A stretch of 64,000 nt of DNA from an uncultured Nitrososphaerota archaeon (GCA_963838925.1 CAWISW010000002.1:320001-384000), one strand, 5' to 3'; counted from the first letter of the stretch, positions 1 through 9,833 are shown. Numbers and translations: made by a program. The notes: generated from the sequence alone by a model not told the origin.

Positions 1-712
1 CACCAACATGCCCTGGTACAAGGGGCCGATCCTCCTGCAGGCGCTCGACGAGTTCACCGAGCCGCCGAAGCCGATCGACAAGCCTCTTCGCGTCCCGATC
101 CAGGACGTCTACACGATCACAGGCGTGGGCACCGTCCCCGTGGGACGGGTCGAGACCGGCCACATGAAGGTCGGCGACCCGGTCATCATCATGCCCGAGG
201 GCCTGCCAGCTGAAATCAAGTCCATCGAGACCCACCACACTCCGATGCAAGAGGCGTTCGCAGGCGACAACATCGGGTTCAACCTCAGGGGCGTATCGAA
301 GACCGACTTCCACAGAGGCTCGGTCCTTGGCCCTCCAAGCAGCCCCCCCACCATCGCGAAGGAGTTCCTGGCACAGATCATCGTGGTATTCCATCCGACT
401 GCAATAGCGGCTGGCTACACCCCGGTCCTCCACGCGCACACGGCGCAGGTGGCAGCGACCATCACTGAGCTGGTAGCGAAGATCGACCCGAGGACAGGTC
501 AGGCGACCGAGGAGAAGCCAAAGACCATCAAGACCGGCGACTCGGCAATCGTCAAGATCACGCCTCTCAGGCCGCTCGTGCTCGAGACCTTCAAGGACTT
601 CCCTGAGCTCGGAAGATTCGCTTTACGCGATATGGGTAGCACGGTCGCTGCTGGTATCGTGAAGGAAGTCACAGTCAAGGGCACGATAGAGAAGGCAGTC
701 GCGAAGCAGTAG
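1..712 (+). CDS. tuf: Translation elongation factor EF-1alpha, C-terminal part (5' end outside window)
   Basis: [42 protein letters not shown] and [10 protein letters not shown] are EF-1alpha motifs; the frame is open to the window edge. Confidence 0.98.
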   Translation, partial: TNMPWYKGPILLQALDEFTEPPKPIDKPLRVPIQDVYTITGVGTVPVGRVETGHMKVGDPVIIMPEGLPAEIKSIETHHTPMQEAFAGDNIGFNLRGVSKTDFHRGSVLGPPSSPPTIAKEFLAQIIVVFHPTAIAAGYTPVLHAHTAQVAATITELVAKIDPRTGQATEEKPKTIKTGDSAIVKITPLRPLVLETFKDFPELGRFALRDMGSTVAAGIVKEVTVKGTIEKAVAKQ

Positions 713-833
713 ACTGCCCCTCATCCCTCATTTCTTCTCGGAGGTTCTCTCTTGCTCTCGCGCGGCGCGAGAGGGCCTGGTCCACGAAGGCGAAGACGTA
801 TTACTCGGCAGATCTCCGGGCGCCTGAACGAAT

Positions 834-1133
834 TTGTCAGCCTCCCCGGCGATTGTCTACGACGGATTTGAGTTCCAGGAGAAGGCGACGCTAGCGCAGT
901 ACGTCTCCCTGAAGAGGAGGTTCGGCGTGACGACGTTCGTTGCCATGGCAACGCTCGCTCCGGCCCTCGTCCTGCTGCTCGTGTCGTACGTCTCGCCTTC
1001 CACCGCGTCTCCGTATCTCTACCTGGTCTTCCTCGCGGTCTCGATACCCTTCTCGGTCCTCAGCTTCAGGGCCAACTCGAGAATCACCGAGATAATCAAC
1101 TCGAACGAAGTCAGGCACGTCGGATTCGCCTAG
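834..1133 (+). CDS. Small hypothetical membrane protein (2 TM)
   Basis: TTG start, two hydrophobic segments, GC3-rich codons. Confidence 0.6.
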   Translation: MSASPAIVYDGFEFQEKATLAQYVSLKRRFGVTTFVAMATLAPALVLLLVSYVSPSTASPYLYLVFLAVSIPFSVLSFRANSRITEIINSNEVRHVGFA

Positions 1134-1209
1134 ACCGAACAGTCGCACCCGGCCGTCGCCGGGAGCTTTTGGAGGAGAGCTATCCTCGCGGTTTGGGTGA
1201 CCGAGCGTC

Positions 1210-1389
1210 CTACGGACCTTCGAAGCCGCAGTTGACGCACTTGTATCTTCGAGAGAACTTCCTGCAGAGCTCGTCGCGCCAGATAAGCACCTGGTGGCAG
1301 TTGGGGCAGTTGAACCTGACCGCCTTGGTGCCCGGCAGGATCGGCCGGTTGCAGGAGGTGCAGTGCGATAGCGAGAACCCTTCGGTCAT
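1210..1389 (-). CDS. Zn-ribbon protein, DUF1610/COG2888 (HVO_2753-like), 59 aa; absent from ORF track
   Basis: Manual translation MTEGFSLSHCTSCNRPILPGTKAVRFNCPNCHQVLIWRDELCRKFSRRYKCVNCGFEGP with the family C-terminus CGFEGP; TATA-like TTTAATAAAT about 25-35 nt upstream. Confidence 0.9.
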   Translation of the reverse strand: MTEGFSLSHCTSCNRPILPGTKAVRFNCPNCHQVLIWRDELCRKFSRRYKCVNCGFEGP

Positions 1390-1692
1390 CCTTGTCGTCA
1401 GGCCGACTTCGCTGATTTATTAAACTAGAGCCTCGCCGAGCGCCTAGGCTCCGCGGACAAGGCATTTCCAGTCGCCCGTCGCCGCGCCCTCGCTCGCCCC
1501 GCCAAGCCTCGCGGGTTAGACGCTTGCACCATAACCCATTAAGTATGCTCGCCGCGAAGAGACGAACATCCGAGCCAAGCATGAGATACGAACAGAGCGC
1601 GCCTCGACGCTGCTGCGGTAACCGTCTTGACCGACAAGGGATTCCTCCTCACAAACCTTTAATGGGTCACGAAGGGAGTTAGAGTGGGATAA

Positions 1693-4600
1693 TTGCGATT
1701 TTTTGCCCGAAGGACGTTATTCCCAGTCCCCGCGTTTGCCATCTTGCTCCTGCTCCTCCTGCCTTCCTTCCTGGTCATCGGCGAAAACAGGGCATCGGCG
1801 GCGACATCGCCCGTTGGCACCTCTGTCCCTCAGGTGGCAGTCCCCTCCACTCCGAGCCCCCTCTCGACCTACAAGAGCGCCGGCGCCGCGGACCCCGGCA
1901 TGTCGGTGCTCGTCTCCGTGGTCATACCGCTCCGGAACCTGCCCCTCCTTAGCGCGTACGTCAAGCAGACCTCCGACCCAAGCTCGCCCAGCTTCAGGCA
2001 GTTCCTCAACAGCAGCGAGGTGAGCCAGACGTTCCTGCCGACACAGTCGCAGTACCAGTCGGTCGTCGACTACCTCACAGCAGGCGGGTTCACGCTGGTG
2101 TCCTCCTCCCTCAACTCGATGATAGTGGTTCGCGGAACCGCCGCCCAGGTGAGCCAGTACCTCGGGCAGAAGGTCCAGCTCTACACGAACGGAACGTACT
2201 CCTACTACCAGACGACCGGCACGAGCACGCTCTCGGGAGCGTACTCGTACGGGTCCAACTCCAGCGGCCTCTTCATGCGCCCCAACTTCATAAAGTCGGG
2301 AGGCTCGGCTTCGGGAGCCCTCCCCAGCCAGAACGTGACCTTCACAGAGGGCGGGCAGCCGACGAAGGTGCTGCAGACCGTGTACAACTCGACAGGCCTC
2401 CTCGCCAATGGCGACAACGGCAAGGGGTACACGGTGGGCCTGCTGGACTTTTACGGTTACTCGCTGGTGAAGAGCGACCTGGCGCTCTACGACCAGACCT
2501 ACGGTTTCCCAGCCCCCCCGAGCTTCACCGTCAGCCCCATTGGCCCGTACAATCCGAACCTCGGCACGCCTCTGGGCTGGGACGGTGAGATAGACCTCGA
2601 CGTCCAGGTCTCCCACGCGATGGCTCCCGGGGCGAACATCGTCCTCTACGCCGCCAACGGCGAGCTTCCGCTCTCCACGGCGATCGCAGCGATAGTCCAA
2701 GACGGGAAGGCGAACGTCGTGTCGCAGAGCTTCGGCATCCCAGAGTGGGAGTACTACGAGATAGGGCCGCTCTCATACCTCTTCAACATGGTCTTCGCCG
2801 ACGACTACTACATGCTGGGCTCCGCCATGGGCATGAGCTTCCTCTCCTCTTCAGGCGACGCCGGGGGCAGCGGCTACAGCGTGGGGCCCGAGGGAGGCGC
2901 GGAGTACCCCGGAGCGTCTCCATACGTGACCACCCTCGGCGGGACAGCCACCTACGTCTCCACGACGACGAGCGGCGCGTTGAGCTTCAACCAGACCGCG
3001 TGGTCGAACATCGGCTTCGTCCCCTACCTCGTGAACGAGGGCGGCAGCGGAGGGGGGGTGAGCATCCTCGAGCCCACCCCGTGGTACCAGTCATCCCTGC
3101 CGGTGCCTCCCTCCTTCCCTGACGGTCGCATGATCCCCGACCTCTCGCTCGACTCCAGCGGCACGCCAGGCACCTTCGTAATCTACCAGGGCGCTCCCAC
3201 CCCGTTCGGCGGAACGAGCGAGGCGAGCCCGCTCTTCGCGGGCCTGCTCACATTGCTGATGGGGGCAGAGAAGGGGAGCCTAGGGCTCGTCAACCCGGCG
3301 CTCTACCAGCTGGCGGAGGGCGCTCAGACCTATCAGAAGGCCTACACTCCGATAACGTTCGGCTACACGACCCCGTGGGTCTCGAAGTTCGGGTACAACC
3401 TCGCAACGGGCTGGGGGGCCCCCAACATCGGTGAGATCGCGAGACTCTACGGCACGGTGGGCTCGTCCGGCTCGGCCTTGAAGGTCGGCGTGGGCATCGG
3501 GAACCCGGGGAAGTACAACTTCACCGACTTCGCCCCCGGTCAGAAGATCGACGTGGTCGCCGGAGTCACCACCTCCACCGGCCTCCTGGTCACCACAGGC
3601 GCCTTCACCGCGAGCCTCCAGACCCTGGCGGGCAGCACGTCCCCCGTGACCTTGTCGTACAACGCCACCCAGAAGGCCTGGTCAGGGACGATCGTCGTGG
3701 GGAGCGAGGCAGGCGTGGCAAACATCAACGTGGCGGGGAACGCGGGCACCCAGAGCGGGCAGGGGTTCGCCACGACCTTCGTGGGCTACCTCTCGGCCTT
3801 CGTCCAGCCGGTCTCCCCATACCCGTGGACATTCGCCCCCGGGTTGGAGGTCGCGGTCTCCATCAGCGACCTCTTCGGGAACGCCCCTCCGTTCGCGACC
3901 GCCCCCATCAAGTTCCAGTCGTACTCGATACTGACGAACACCTACAAGGACGTGGGGTTCTCCAACCTGAACTACTCCAGCATCAGCGGCTACTACATCG
4001 GGAACCTGCAGGCGAACTTCCCCAGCGGCCCAATGACCATCGTGACCACGGGGTCTGTGGCGGGGATCCTTCCCTTCGTGAGCGGAATAAGCCTCCTGGG
4101 GTCCACCGTCTATCCGCAGGTGGTCGCCGAGCCGGGCTCGGTGGCCCCGGGGCAGTCGCTCACAATCGTCGCTTCCCTCACCGCGCCTGAGAACGTCTAC
4201 CTGACGACCTCGCTCTCCACCGGCACCACGCTGGGAGCTACGATAGCCGAGGGCTCCAACGTGACCGCCACGCTGGTCAGCCCGTCCGGGTTCAAGCTCG
4301 AGACGGTGTCCCTCCCCGAGCAGCCCTGCGCGCAGGCGCTGAGAGTGTGCGGGGCGACCCTGACGCTGATCAACGGCTACATGACAATCCCCGCCAACGC
4401 GACGCCCGGCCTCTACACCGTCCTCCTGAACGCGGGATACAACGACGAGACGACCGGCTACGACTACACCGGCTCCTACTTCGGGCAGATCTACGTCGCA
4501 GCGGGCGCCTCCACCCCGGCGGTCTCAGTCAGCCCCTCCACGCTCTTCGAGGGGGAGAACGCGACGATTAAGGCGAGCATCACCTATCCCAGCGGGAAGG

Positions 4601-5775
4601 AGGTGACGCAGGGCCTGTACACCGCGATGGTCTATCCAGCGACCGCCCAGTACGGCTATTCCGTGCTGGAGCACCAGAGCTACGAGGCATTCGGGCTCAT
4701 ACAGCTCACGTTCGACGCCAAGATCAACATGTGGACCGCCAACGCCACCATGCCCTCGCCCTACGACTCGTCGCTCGTCTCCTCGACGAACGCCAACTCG
4801 GAGTACTACGGTGGCCCCTATGACGTGTACGTCTCTGGACTCTCATTCGACGGCGTCCCGACCACCTCGGTCCTCTCAGCCCAGCAGGGCTTCTTCGTCC
4901 AGCCCTACGTCTATACCGCCAACACCGTGATGAGCGGAGGCATCCAGCAGACCTCGCGCTTGGCGCTCTCGAACGTCACGATCAACGCCGGGTCCTCGCC
5001 GCTCACGCTCGCCAACGACTACTTCGTCGGGAACAACACCGTCACGGGCTCAGCCGTGACGATAACCGCATCCACCATCAGCGGCACGCTGAACGTCGCG
5101 AACGGTCAGACCACGCTCAACGGCGTCACGGGAGGCAACGTAGTTGCGGAGAACACCAACGTGGTCGTGCAGCACAGCGCCCTCTCGTCCCTACAGCTGG
5201 GCGCTGGTGCGACCGCCTCGATCGACCCCGCCTCTTCGTCCCAGAAGATCACCCCTGCACTGCCGGTCCTCACGATCTCCTCTCCCACCGCCAACACGAC
5301 CTACATCGGGACGCTAACCGCCCAAGTCGCCGTAAAGGGGAGCGGGGTCGCGGTCCTCTCGTTCTTCCTTGACGGGAAGCAGCTGCCTTCGCTCGCCGAG
5401 GGAGCTCCGCCGGGCGAGGTCGTGACCTACCCGATAGACACGGCCTCGATCGCCGACGGGACTCACACGCTTACGGTGGTCGCCGTCCAGTCCGACCTTC
5501 TGACCTCCACCGCCAGCGTCTCTTTCGCAACGGCCAACCAGCTGGCGGCCACCGACAGCAGCCTCGCCTCCGCGAACAGCACCATCAGCACCCTCAGCGG
5601 GAGCCTCGCAGCGGCGAACGGGAACATCGCCTCGCTCCAGAGCAACCTGACGACCGCGAACGACAACATCAGCCAGCTGACCGACCTGTTCTACGTTGCG
5701 ATTGCCGTGGCAGTGCTCGGGATCATCCTGGCCGCCTACTCCATGCGCGGCGGAAGCGCCCCCTGGAAGTACTGA
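1693..5775 (+). CDS. Membrane-anchored multidomain S53 (sedolisin/kumamolisin) serine protease
   Basis: Signal peptide, pro-domain, GEIDLDVQ (E-x3-D), SSGDAG oxyanion motif, GGTSEASP catalytic Ser, YNLATGWG; beta-rich tail, heptad stalk and C-terminal TM. Confidence 0.93.
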   Translation: MRFFARRTLFPVPAFAILLLLLLPSFLVIGENRASAATSPVGTSVPQVAVPSTPSPLSTYKSAGAADPGMSVLVSVVIPLRNLPLLSAYVKQTSDPSSPSFRQFLNSSEVSQTFLPTQSQYQSVVDYLTAGGFTLVSSSLNSMIVVRGTAAQVSQYLGQKVQLYTNGTYSYYQTTGTSTLSGAYSYGSNSSGLFMRPNFIKSGGSASGALPSQNVTFTEGGQPTKVLQTVYNSTGLLANGDNGKGYTVGLLDFYGYSLVKSDLALYDQTYGFPAPPSFTVSPIGPYNPNLGTPLGWDGEIDLDVQVSHAMAPGANIVLYAANGELPLSTAIAAIVQDGKANVVSQSFGIPEWEYYEIGPLSYLFNMVFADDYYMLGSAMGMSFLSSSGDAGGSGYSVGPEGGAEYPGASPYVTTLGGTATYVSTTTSGALSFNQTAWSNIGFVPYLVNEGGSGGGVSILEPTPWYQSSLPVPPSFPDGRMIPDLSLDSSGTPGTFVIYQGAPTPFGGTSEASPLFAGLLTLLMGAEKGSLGLVNPALYQLAEGAQTYQKAYTPITFGYTTPWVSKFGYNLATGWGAPNIGEIARLYGTVGSSGSALKVGVGIGNPGKYNFTDFAPGQKIDVVAGVTTSTGLLVTTGAFTASLQTLAGSTSPVTLSYNATQKAWSGTIVVGSEAGVANINVAGNAGTQSGQGFATTFVGYLSAFVQPVSPYPWTFAPGLEVAVSISDLFGNAPPFATAPIKFQSYSILTNTYKDVGFSNLNYSSISGYYIGNLQANFPSGPMTIVTTGSVAGILPFVSGISLLGSTVYPQVVAEPGSVAPGQSLTIVASLTAPENVYLTTSLSTGTTLGATIAEGSNVTATLVSPSGFKLETVSLPEQPCAQALRVCGATLTLINGYMTIPANATPGLYTVLLNAGYNDETTGYDYTGSYFGQIYVAAGASTPAVSVSPSTLFEGENATIKASITYPSGKEVTQGLYTAMVYPATAQYGYSVLEHQSYEAFGLIQLTFDAKINMWTANATMPSPYDSSLVSSTNANSEYYGGPYDVYVSGLSFDGVPTTSVLSAQQGFFVQPYVYTANTVMSGGIQQTSRLALSNVTINAGSSPLTLANDYFVGNNTVTGSAVTITASTISGTLNVANGQTTLNGVTGGNVVAENTNVVVQHSALSSLQLGAGATASIDPASSSQKITPALPVLTISSPTANTTYIGTLTAQVAVKGSGVAVLSFFLDGKQLPSLAEGAPPGEVVTYPIDTASIADGTHTLTVVAVQSDLLTSTASVSFATANQLAATDSSLASANSTISTLSGSLAAANGNIASLQSNLTTANDNISQLTDLFYVAIAVAVLGIILAAYSMRGGSAPWKY

Positions 5776-5810
5776 GAGCTAGAGCCCAAGGCGCGGCGTT
5801 CGCGCGCCCG

Positions 5811-6500
5811 TCAGCCCGTGACGGTGACCTGCCCCTTCATGAAGGCGTGGATGGTGCAGTAGTACTCCACCACGCCCGGTGCGCCGAAGGCGTAAGTCCA
5901 AGAGTCGAACCGGGTCATTATCGGGGAGGTGGCGTTCGCGCCTGAGAGGAAGGAGACGTCGTGGTTTCCGGGGTCGCAGCAGCCGATGGTCGTGTCAAGG
6001 TCGATCCAGGTCACCGAGGTCCCGGCCGAGACCGTAAGGTTCTGGGGATGGAACGCGAGGTCCTGCATAACGACGAGCGCTTGTACCACCTGGACGGTGA
6101 AGGTCTGGTTCCGGGCCGCCGCGCCCTGAGAGGACGTCTCGACCGTGACCTCGTACTTCCCGGGCGCCAAGCCGGGGTCGGCTTTCACGGTGACGGGGAT
6201 TGTCTGGGGGAGGCTAGCGAGACCGACCGAAGTCTTGTTGAGGACGAAAGACAGACCATCGGGCGCGAACGCCGTCACCGCAAGCGTCCCCGTCAGCGCC
6301 GCTCCGCCGCCGCTGGTGACCTCGACGGCGGAGTAGTTCTGGGTCTGGCCTGGCGCGATGAGGGGAGTCCCCGGGCTAATGGCGACGTCGACCGCAGGAG
6401 CGGCGACGCTAGTCGCTGAGCTGGTGGACCTTGAGGAGTTGGAGCTGGCTGGCGTCAGAGCGACGTAGGCTGCAATCCCTGCGACCGCGACCACCGCCAC
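5811..6500 (-). CDS. Membrane-anchored cupredoxin (plastocyanin/azurin-like C-terminal domain)
   Basis: Type-1 Cu ligands NHDV...YYCTIHAFM; N-terminal hydrophobic anchor, Ser/Thr linker and Ig-like domain; start uncertain. Confidence 0.88.
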   Translation of the reverse strand: MAVVAVAGIAAYVALTPASSNSSRSTSSATSVAAPAVDVAISPGTPLIAPGQTQNYSAVEVTSGGGAALTGTLAVTAFAPDGLSFVLNKTSVGLASLPQTIPVTVKADPGLAPGKYEVTVETSSQGAAARNQTFTVQVVQALVVMQDLAFHPQNLTVSAGTSVTWIDLDTTIGCCDPGNHDVSFLSGANATSPIMTRFDSWTYAFGAPGVVEYYCTIHAFMKGQVTVTG

Positions 6501-6556
6501 AAGGGCGACGACCGGCGCGACCCGCGCGATGCCGAGCCGGCCCTTGTCCTTCGAGG

Positions 6557-7450
6557 CTAACCCTCCTCTGTGGTCTCTTGGCTGGTCTGCGGCGAGTCGA
6601 GTCTCAGCGAGGAGATCATCTCGGATATCGCCTTGGTGGCGGCCTCGCGCTCCTTCGTGAGCTGCACCCTGTCCTTCCTGTCCTCTTGGAGCGAAATGAG
6701 GCGGTTCCGCGCGTCCTCGAGCCGCCGCTCCGCTTCGGGGTAGGCGGCCTCGCCCTTCCCCTCGTCCGTCGCGCCTAGCACCGACCTGGCCTTGCGCGAC
6801 CTCTCTATCTCCTCGCCCAGCTTGTTCAGCTTCGCCTCGAGCGACTCCACCGTCTTCTCGGACTGCTCTGTCGAGGGGCCTGACCTCACAAGGCGAGAGA
6901 AGAACTGGCGGGACTGCTTGGCCGCTCTCAGCTCCTCGAGCTTCTCCTTCTCCACCTTGAGGTCCTTCGCGCAGGCGTCGCGCTCTTCCCTTAGGGAGGC
7001 GAGCCTCTCCGCGGCCTTCCTCTCCAGCTCCTCGAGCGCAGCCCTCGCCGATGACTCCTCCTGCGTCGCCTTTGAAATCTCCTCGTCGGTGGCGGCGTCG
7101 GCGGGCGGCGAAGTCAACGACGCAACCGCGGCCTGTCTCTTGGCACGAAACTCCTCGGTGACATGGCCCTCGCCCACCTTCTCTTGGAAGTCGTCCAGCA
7201 ACGAGTCGAGGCTCCTCAGCCAGTCCTGAAGGCCGTACCCGCCTTCTGACGAGAGGACCTGGTGCCCAAGGCGGTCGAGCGCGATGATCGTCCTCGCCCT
7301 CACCTCCTCGGGATTGAGCTGCCCCTCCTCCTGGAAATGACCCCTGCGACGTATGTGGTAATCCTGCTTCTTTCGCTTCAGCTTCTTCTGCTTGCTCGAG
7401 AACCCCTTCGTCCCCGCCCGCGTCCTCCCGGTCTCGCTCCCGAAGCTCAA
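6557..7450 (-). CDS. Hypothetical coiled-coil protein
   Basis: Long E/K/R-rich heptad ORF with typical codon usage; TTTAAA box upstream. Confidence 0.75.
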   Translation of the reverse strand: MSFGSETGRTRAGTKGFSSKQKKLKRKKQDYHIRRRGHFQEEGQLNPEEVRARTIIALDRLGHQVLSSEGGYGLQDWLRSLDSLLDDFQEKVGEGHVTEEFRAKRQAAVASLTSPPADAATDEEISKATQEESSARAALEELERKAAERLASLREERDACAKDLKVEKEKLEELRAAKQSRQFFSRLVRSGPSTEQSEKTVESLEAKLNKLGEEIERSRKARSVLGATDEGKGEAAYPEAERRLEDARNRLISLQEDRKDRVQLTKEREAATKAISEMISSLRLDSPQTSQETTEEG

Positions 7451-7560
7451 GTCGACCTACGCCCTGCCACCACAGGCGGCTCGTTTAAAGTTGAATCGAG
7501 GAGGCCTCGCCAGGCGCCTCCGAGCAAAATAGAAATAGCCCTTCGGGAAACTCCCGCCCT

Positions 7561-7737
7561 GTGATGATGGAGCAGAAGCTCTCCCCGGTCCTAAAGCCCC
7601 TCTTCAAGATCTTCAAGGTCTCGAACGTCGAGGACCTGCTGAAGAGGCTGCTGAAGGTCGTCTTCACCGTCGTCCTGCTGATACCGCTGATACTCCTGCC
7701 GCTCTACTTCTTCTTCTTCACACTGCTTCACGCCTAG
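7561..7737 (+). CDS. Small single-pass membrane protein (about 58 aa); absent from ORF track
   Basis: Manual translation (V)MMEQKLSPVLKPLFKIFKVSNVEDLLKRLLKVVFTVVLLIPLILLPLYFFFFTLLHA; GC3-rich codons; fills the intergenic gap. Confidence 0.65.
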   Translation: MMMEQKLSPVLKPLFKIFKVSNVEDLLKRLLKVVFTVVLLIPLILLPLYFFFFTLLHA

Positions 7738-7745
7738 CTTGCTCG

Positions 7746-8207
7746 TCAGGCGAGCTTCGCGATCCTGTCCCTTATCGCCTCGGCGACCTTGGCCATCTCG
7801 GCGTCGCTCAGCTTCAGCCTGTTGAACTTGCCCTTGTCCTCGAGCTTGTTCGGGATCACGTGGACGTGGATGTGGGCGACCGCCTGGTTCGCTGCCTCCC
7901 CGTTGTTCTGCATTATCCTGAAGCCGTCCGCGTCCATCGCGGCGACCACGCCCATCGAGACCTTCGAGGCGACCATGAAGACCTCGGCTATCTCGCGCTC
8001 GTCCATGTCCCACAGGGTCTCCCCGTGCCGCTTGGGGCAGACCAGCGTATGACCGCTGGAGAACGGGTTGATGTCTAGGAAGGCCACGTGCTTGTCGTCC
8101 TCGTAGACCCGGTATGACGGGAGCTTCCCCGCCACTATCTTGCAGAAGACGCACTGCTCCTGAGGGACGCTTGCCGAGTTGTAGATGCGCTTCGGTGGGC
8201 TCTTCAA
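7746..8207 (-). CDS. HIT family nucleotide hydrolase
   Basis: CVFCKI, AFLDINP..GHTLV.PK.H and HIHVH histidine triad. Confidence 0.95.
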   Translation of the reverse strand: MKSPPKRIYNSASVPQEQCVFCKIVAGKLPSYRVYEDDKHVAFLDINPFSSGHTLVCPKRHGETLWDMDEREIAEVFMVASKVSMGVVAAMDADGFRIMQNNGEAANQAVAHIHVHVIPNKLEDKGKFNRLKLSDAEMAKVAEAIRDRIAKLA

Positions 8208-8289
8208 AGGCGGTTCTCATCGCCCGCGCTCATTTTTCTAAACCTTTCTCCGAGAGTGGGGGAACGGATATATCTGGAACAAGGCCGGG

Positions 8290-8508
8290 ATGAGATTCAA
8301 GATGGCCTCGTCGCCGCCTCCTCCGACGCCAACGACAGACCGAAAGAGCGTGAGGAGCATGCTCATTCTCTTCGCGGTCATCGCCATCGTGGGCGTCTTC
8401 ACTATGGCGTTCTCGGTAGTCCTCGGGATAGTTCTCCTTCTGGTGGCGGAGGCGTTCTTCGCCGTCGCGTACCGAAGGTTCTCTAGGTCGTCGAAGTCGG
8501 CGAAGTGA
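8290..8508 (+). CDS. Small hypothetical membrane protein
   Basis: Hydrophobic hairpin with basic tail; TATATA upstream; start may be the ATG at 8302. Confidence 0.65.
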   Translation: MRFKMASSPPPPTPTTDRKSVRSMLILFAVIAIVGVFTMAFSVVLGIVLLLVAEAFFAVAYRRFSRSSKSAK

Positions 8509-8530
8509 CGGTCCGCAGTCGGAGCCCTGT

Positions 8531-9004
8531 CTAGCCCTTTCCAGTCCATCTGTTGGCCGCAGGGTGGCCGTGCCCCACGGCGACAAACGTGCCTCGGAGC
8601 TTGGCGGTGACATCCCCGCCTGCGGTGAGTCTGGACTCCACGACCACCTTCCTCCCCGTCATCTCCGTCGTCCTCGCCTCGATGAAGACTTCGCCCATGG
8701 GGGTGGGCTTCAGGAACTCGACGAGGATCGACGAGGTGACGGTCGCGGGCGGCGTGCCTGTCCCTCCTCTCATCATCATCGAGTACGCGCCTGTCCAGTT
8801 GCTGTGGCAGTCGAGGACGGTAGAGATGACCCCGCCGTTGAGGAAACTGCCGAAGGCGTGGTGGAAAGGCCTCGGCGTCCATCGCGCGACGACCGACGCG
8901 CCCTCCACGAAGCTCCGCACCTTCAGGCCCTCATCGTTCGCCGGCCCGCACCCGTAGCAGACGCTTGAAGGCGCGAACCTCTCTTGCAAGCTCTCGGGCT
9001 CCAT
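8531..9004 (-). CDS. PaaI-family (hot-dog fold) thioesterase
   Basis: CYGCGPAN, LNGGVISTVLDCH, VEFLKPTP. Confidence 0.9.
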   Translation of the reverse strand: MEPESLQERFAPSSVCYGCGPANDEGLKVRSFVEGASVVARWTPRPFHHAFGSFLNGGVISTVLDCHSNWTGAYSMMMRGGTGTPPATVTSSILVEFLKPTPMGEVFIEARTTEMTGRKVVVESRLTAGGDVTAKLRGTFVAVGHGHPAANRWTGKG

Positions 9005-9112
9005 GGTCTCCGTCGCCCGTCCTCGCCCTCTTTATCCTATCTGCGATACGGCCCCCTTCCCGGACATGGCCGCTTAAATCGCGCTTGCCAATCTCGCCCG
9101 AGGGAGAACAGA

Positions 9113-9289
9113 TTGCGCGGCTTCTGCTTCAAGTGCAGGAGGGAGGTAGGCGGGCTCTTCAGGCCTGCCGCGTGGAGCTGCCCGACCTGCCGGCACCTCT
9201 ACTGCGAGAGTTGCGCGAAGGGCAGGGTCGGGATCCTGTTCAAGAAGCCTGTCTGCCCTGAGTGCAAGATCGAGCTCCGAGGCGGCTGA
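9113..9289 (+). CDS. Small zinc-finger protein with four CxxC motifs (58 aa)
   Basis: TTG at 9113 downstream of CTTAAA box; MRGFCFKC...CPTC...CESC...CPEC. Confidence 0.75.
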   Translation: MRGFCFKCRREVGGLFRPAAWSCPTCRHLYCESCAKGRVGILFKKPVCPECKIELRGG

Positions 9290-9308
9290 CCTGAGCGGCA
9301 GCTCGGGC

Positions 9309-9773
9309 CTAGGGATTGAGCTCGACCGACGCGAGCCAGGTGGTGGTCTGGGACAGCGTATCGGTGACCTTGACCGTGTAGGTGCAGACCCACCCCGCGT
9401 GCTGCCCGGCCGGAGAGAGCACGGCGGAGTACGACCCGCTTGACGCCGTGTAGTTGAACGGGATGTAGGTGTACGTGGTGGACTCGCCTGAGGTTGAGCC
9501 CGGCCCGAAGCAGAGTCGCGAGCCGGAGACCGCGGAGGGCTGCGTCGAGAACGCGACCGTGAAGTCCGCGGTGATGGCGCTCTCGTTCGCGCTGACCTTC
9601 GCGAGGTGGCCGCTATGCAGAGCGACCCCCTGGCTCGGCGTCCCCCAGTACACCGGGCCGATGACAGGGCTGGACTGCGCGCTCTGGCCGGGCGTGAAGC
9701 TCGAGAGCAGGAGGACCACCGCGATGAGCGCGGCGAACTGGGCTGCGACGATGGCGATCTCTCCTCGCTCCAA
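9309..9773 (-). CDS. Hypothetical exported/membrane-anchored protein
   Basis: N-terminal TM followed by Ser/Thr-rich beta domain with two Cys. Confidence 0.7.
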   Translation of the reverse strand: MERGEIAIVAAQFAALIAVVLLLSSFTPGQSAQSSPVIGPVYWGTPSQGVALHSGHLAKVSANESAITADFTVAFSTQPSAVSGSRLCFGPGSTSGESTTYTYIPFNYTASSGSYSAVLSPAGQHAGWVCTYTVKVTDTLSQTTTWLASVELNP

Positions 9774-9833
9774 TTGATCCGGGACCTGATTCTCCCTCCC
9801 CGGTGCAGCGAATATACGTTGCTGTGGACGCGC

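Noticed and set aside
1534-1667. 9-bp inverted repeat ACCCATTAA / TTAATGGGT and a 33-codon ORF from 1581
   Set aside because: Too short, no target-site duplication or transposase; overlaps TATA-like boxes; no clear C/D box sRNA
1717-2700. 327-aa ORF antisense to the protease
   Set aside because: Typical antisense shadow with no recognisable domain
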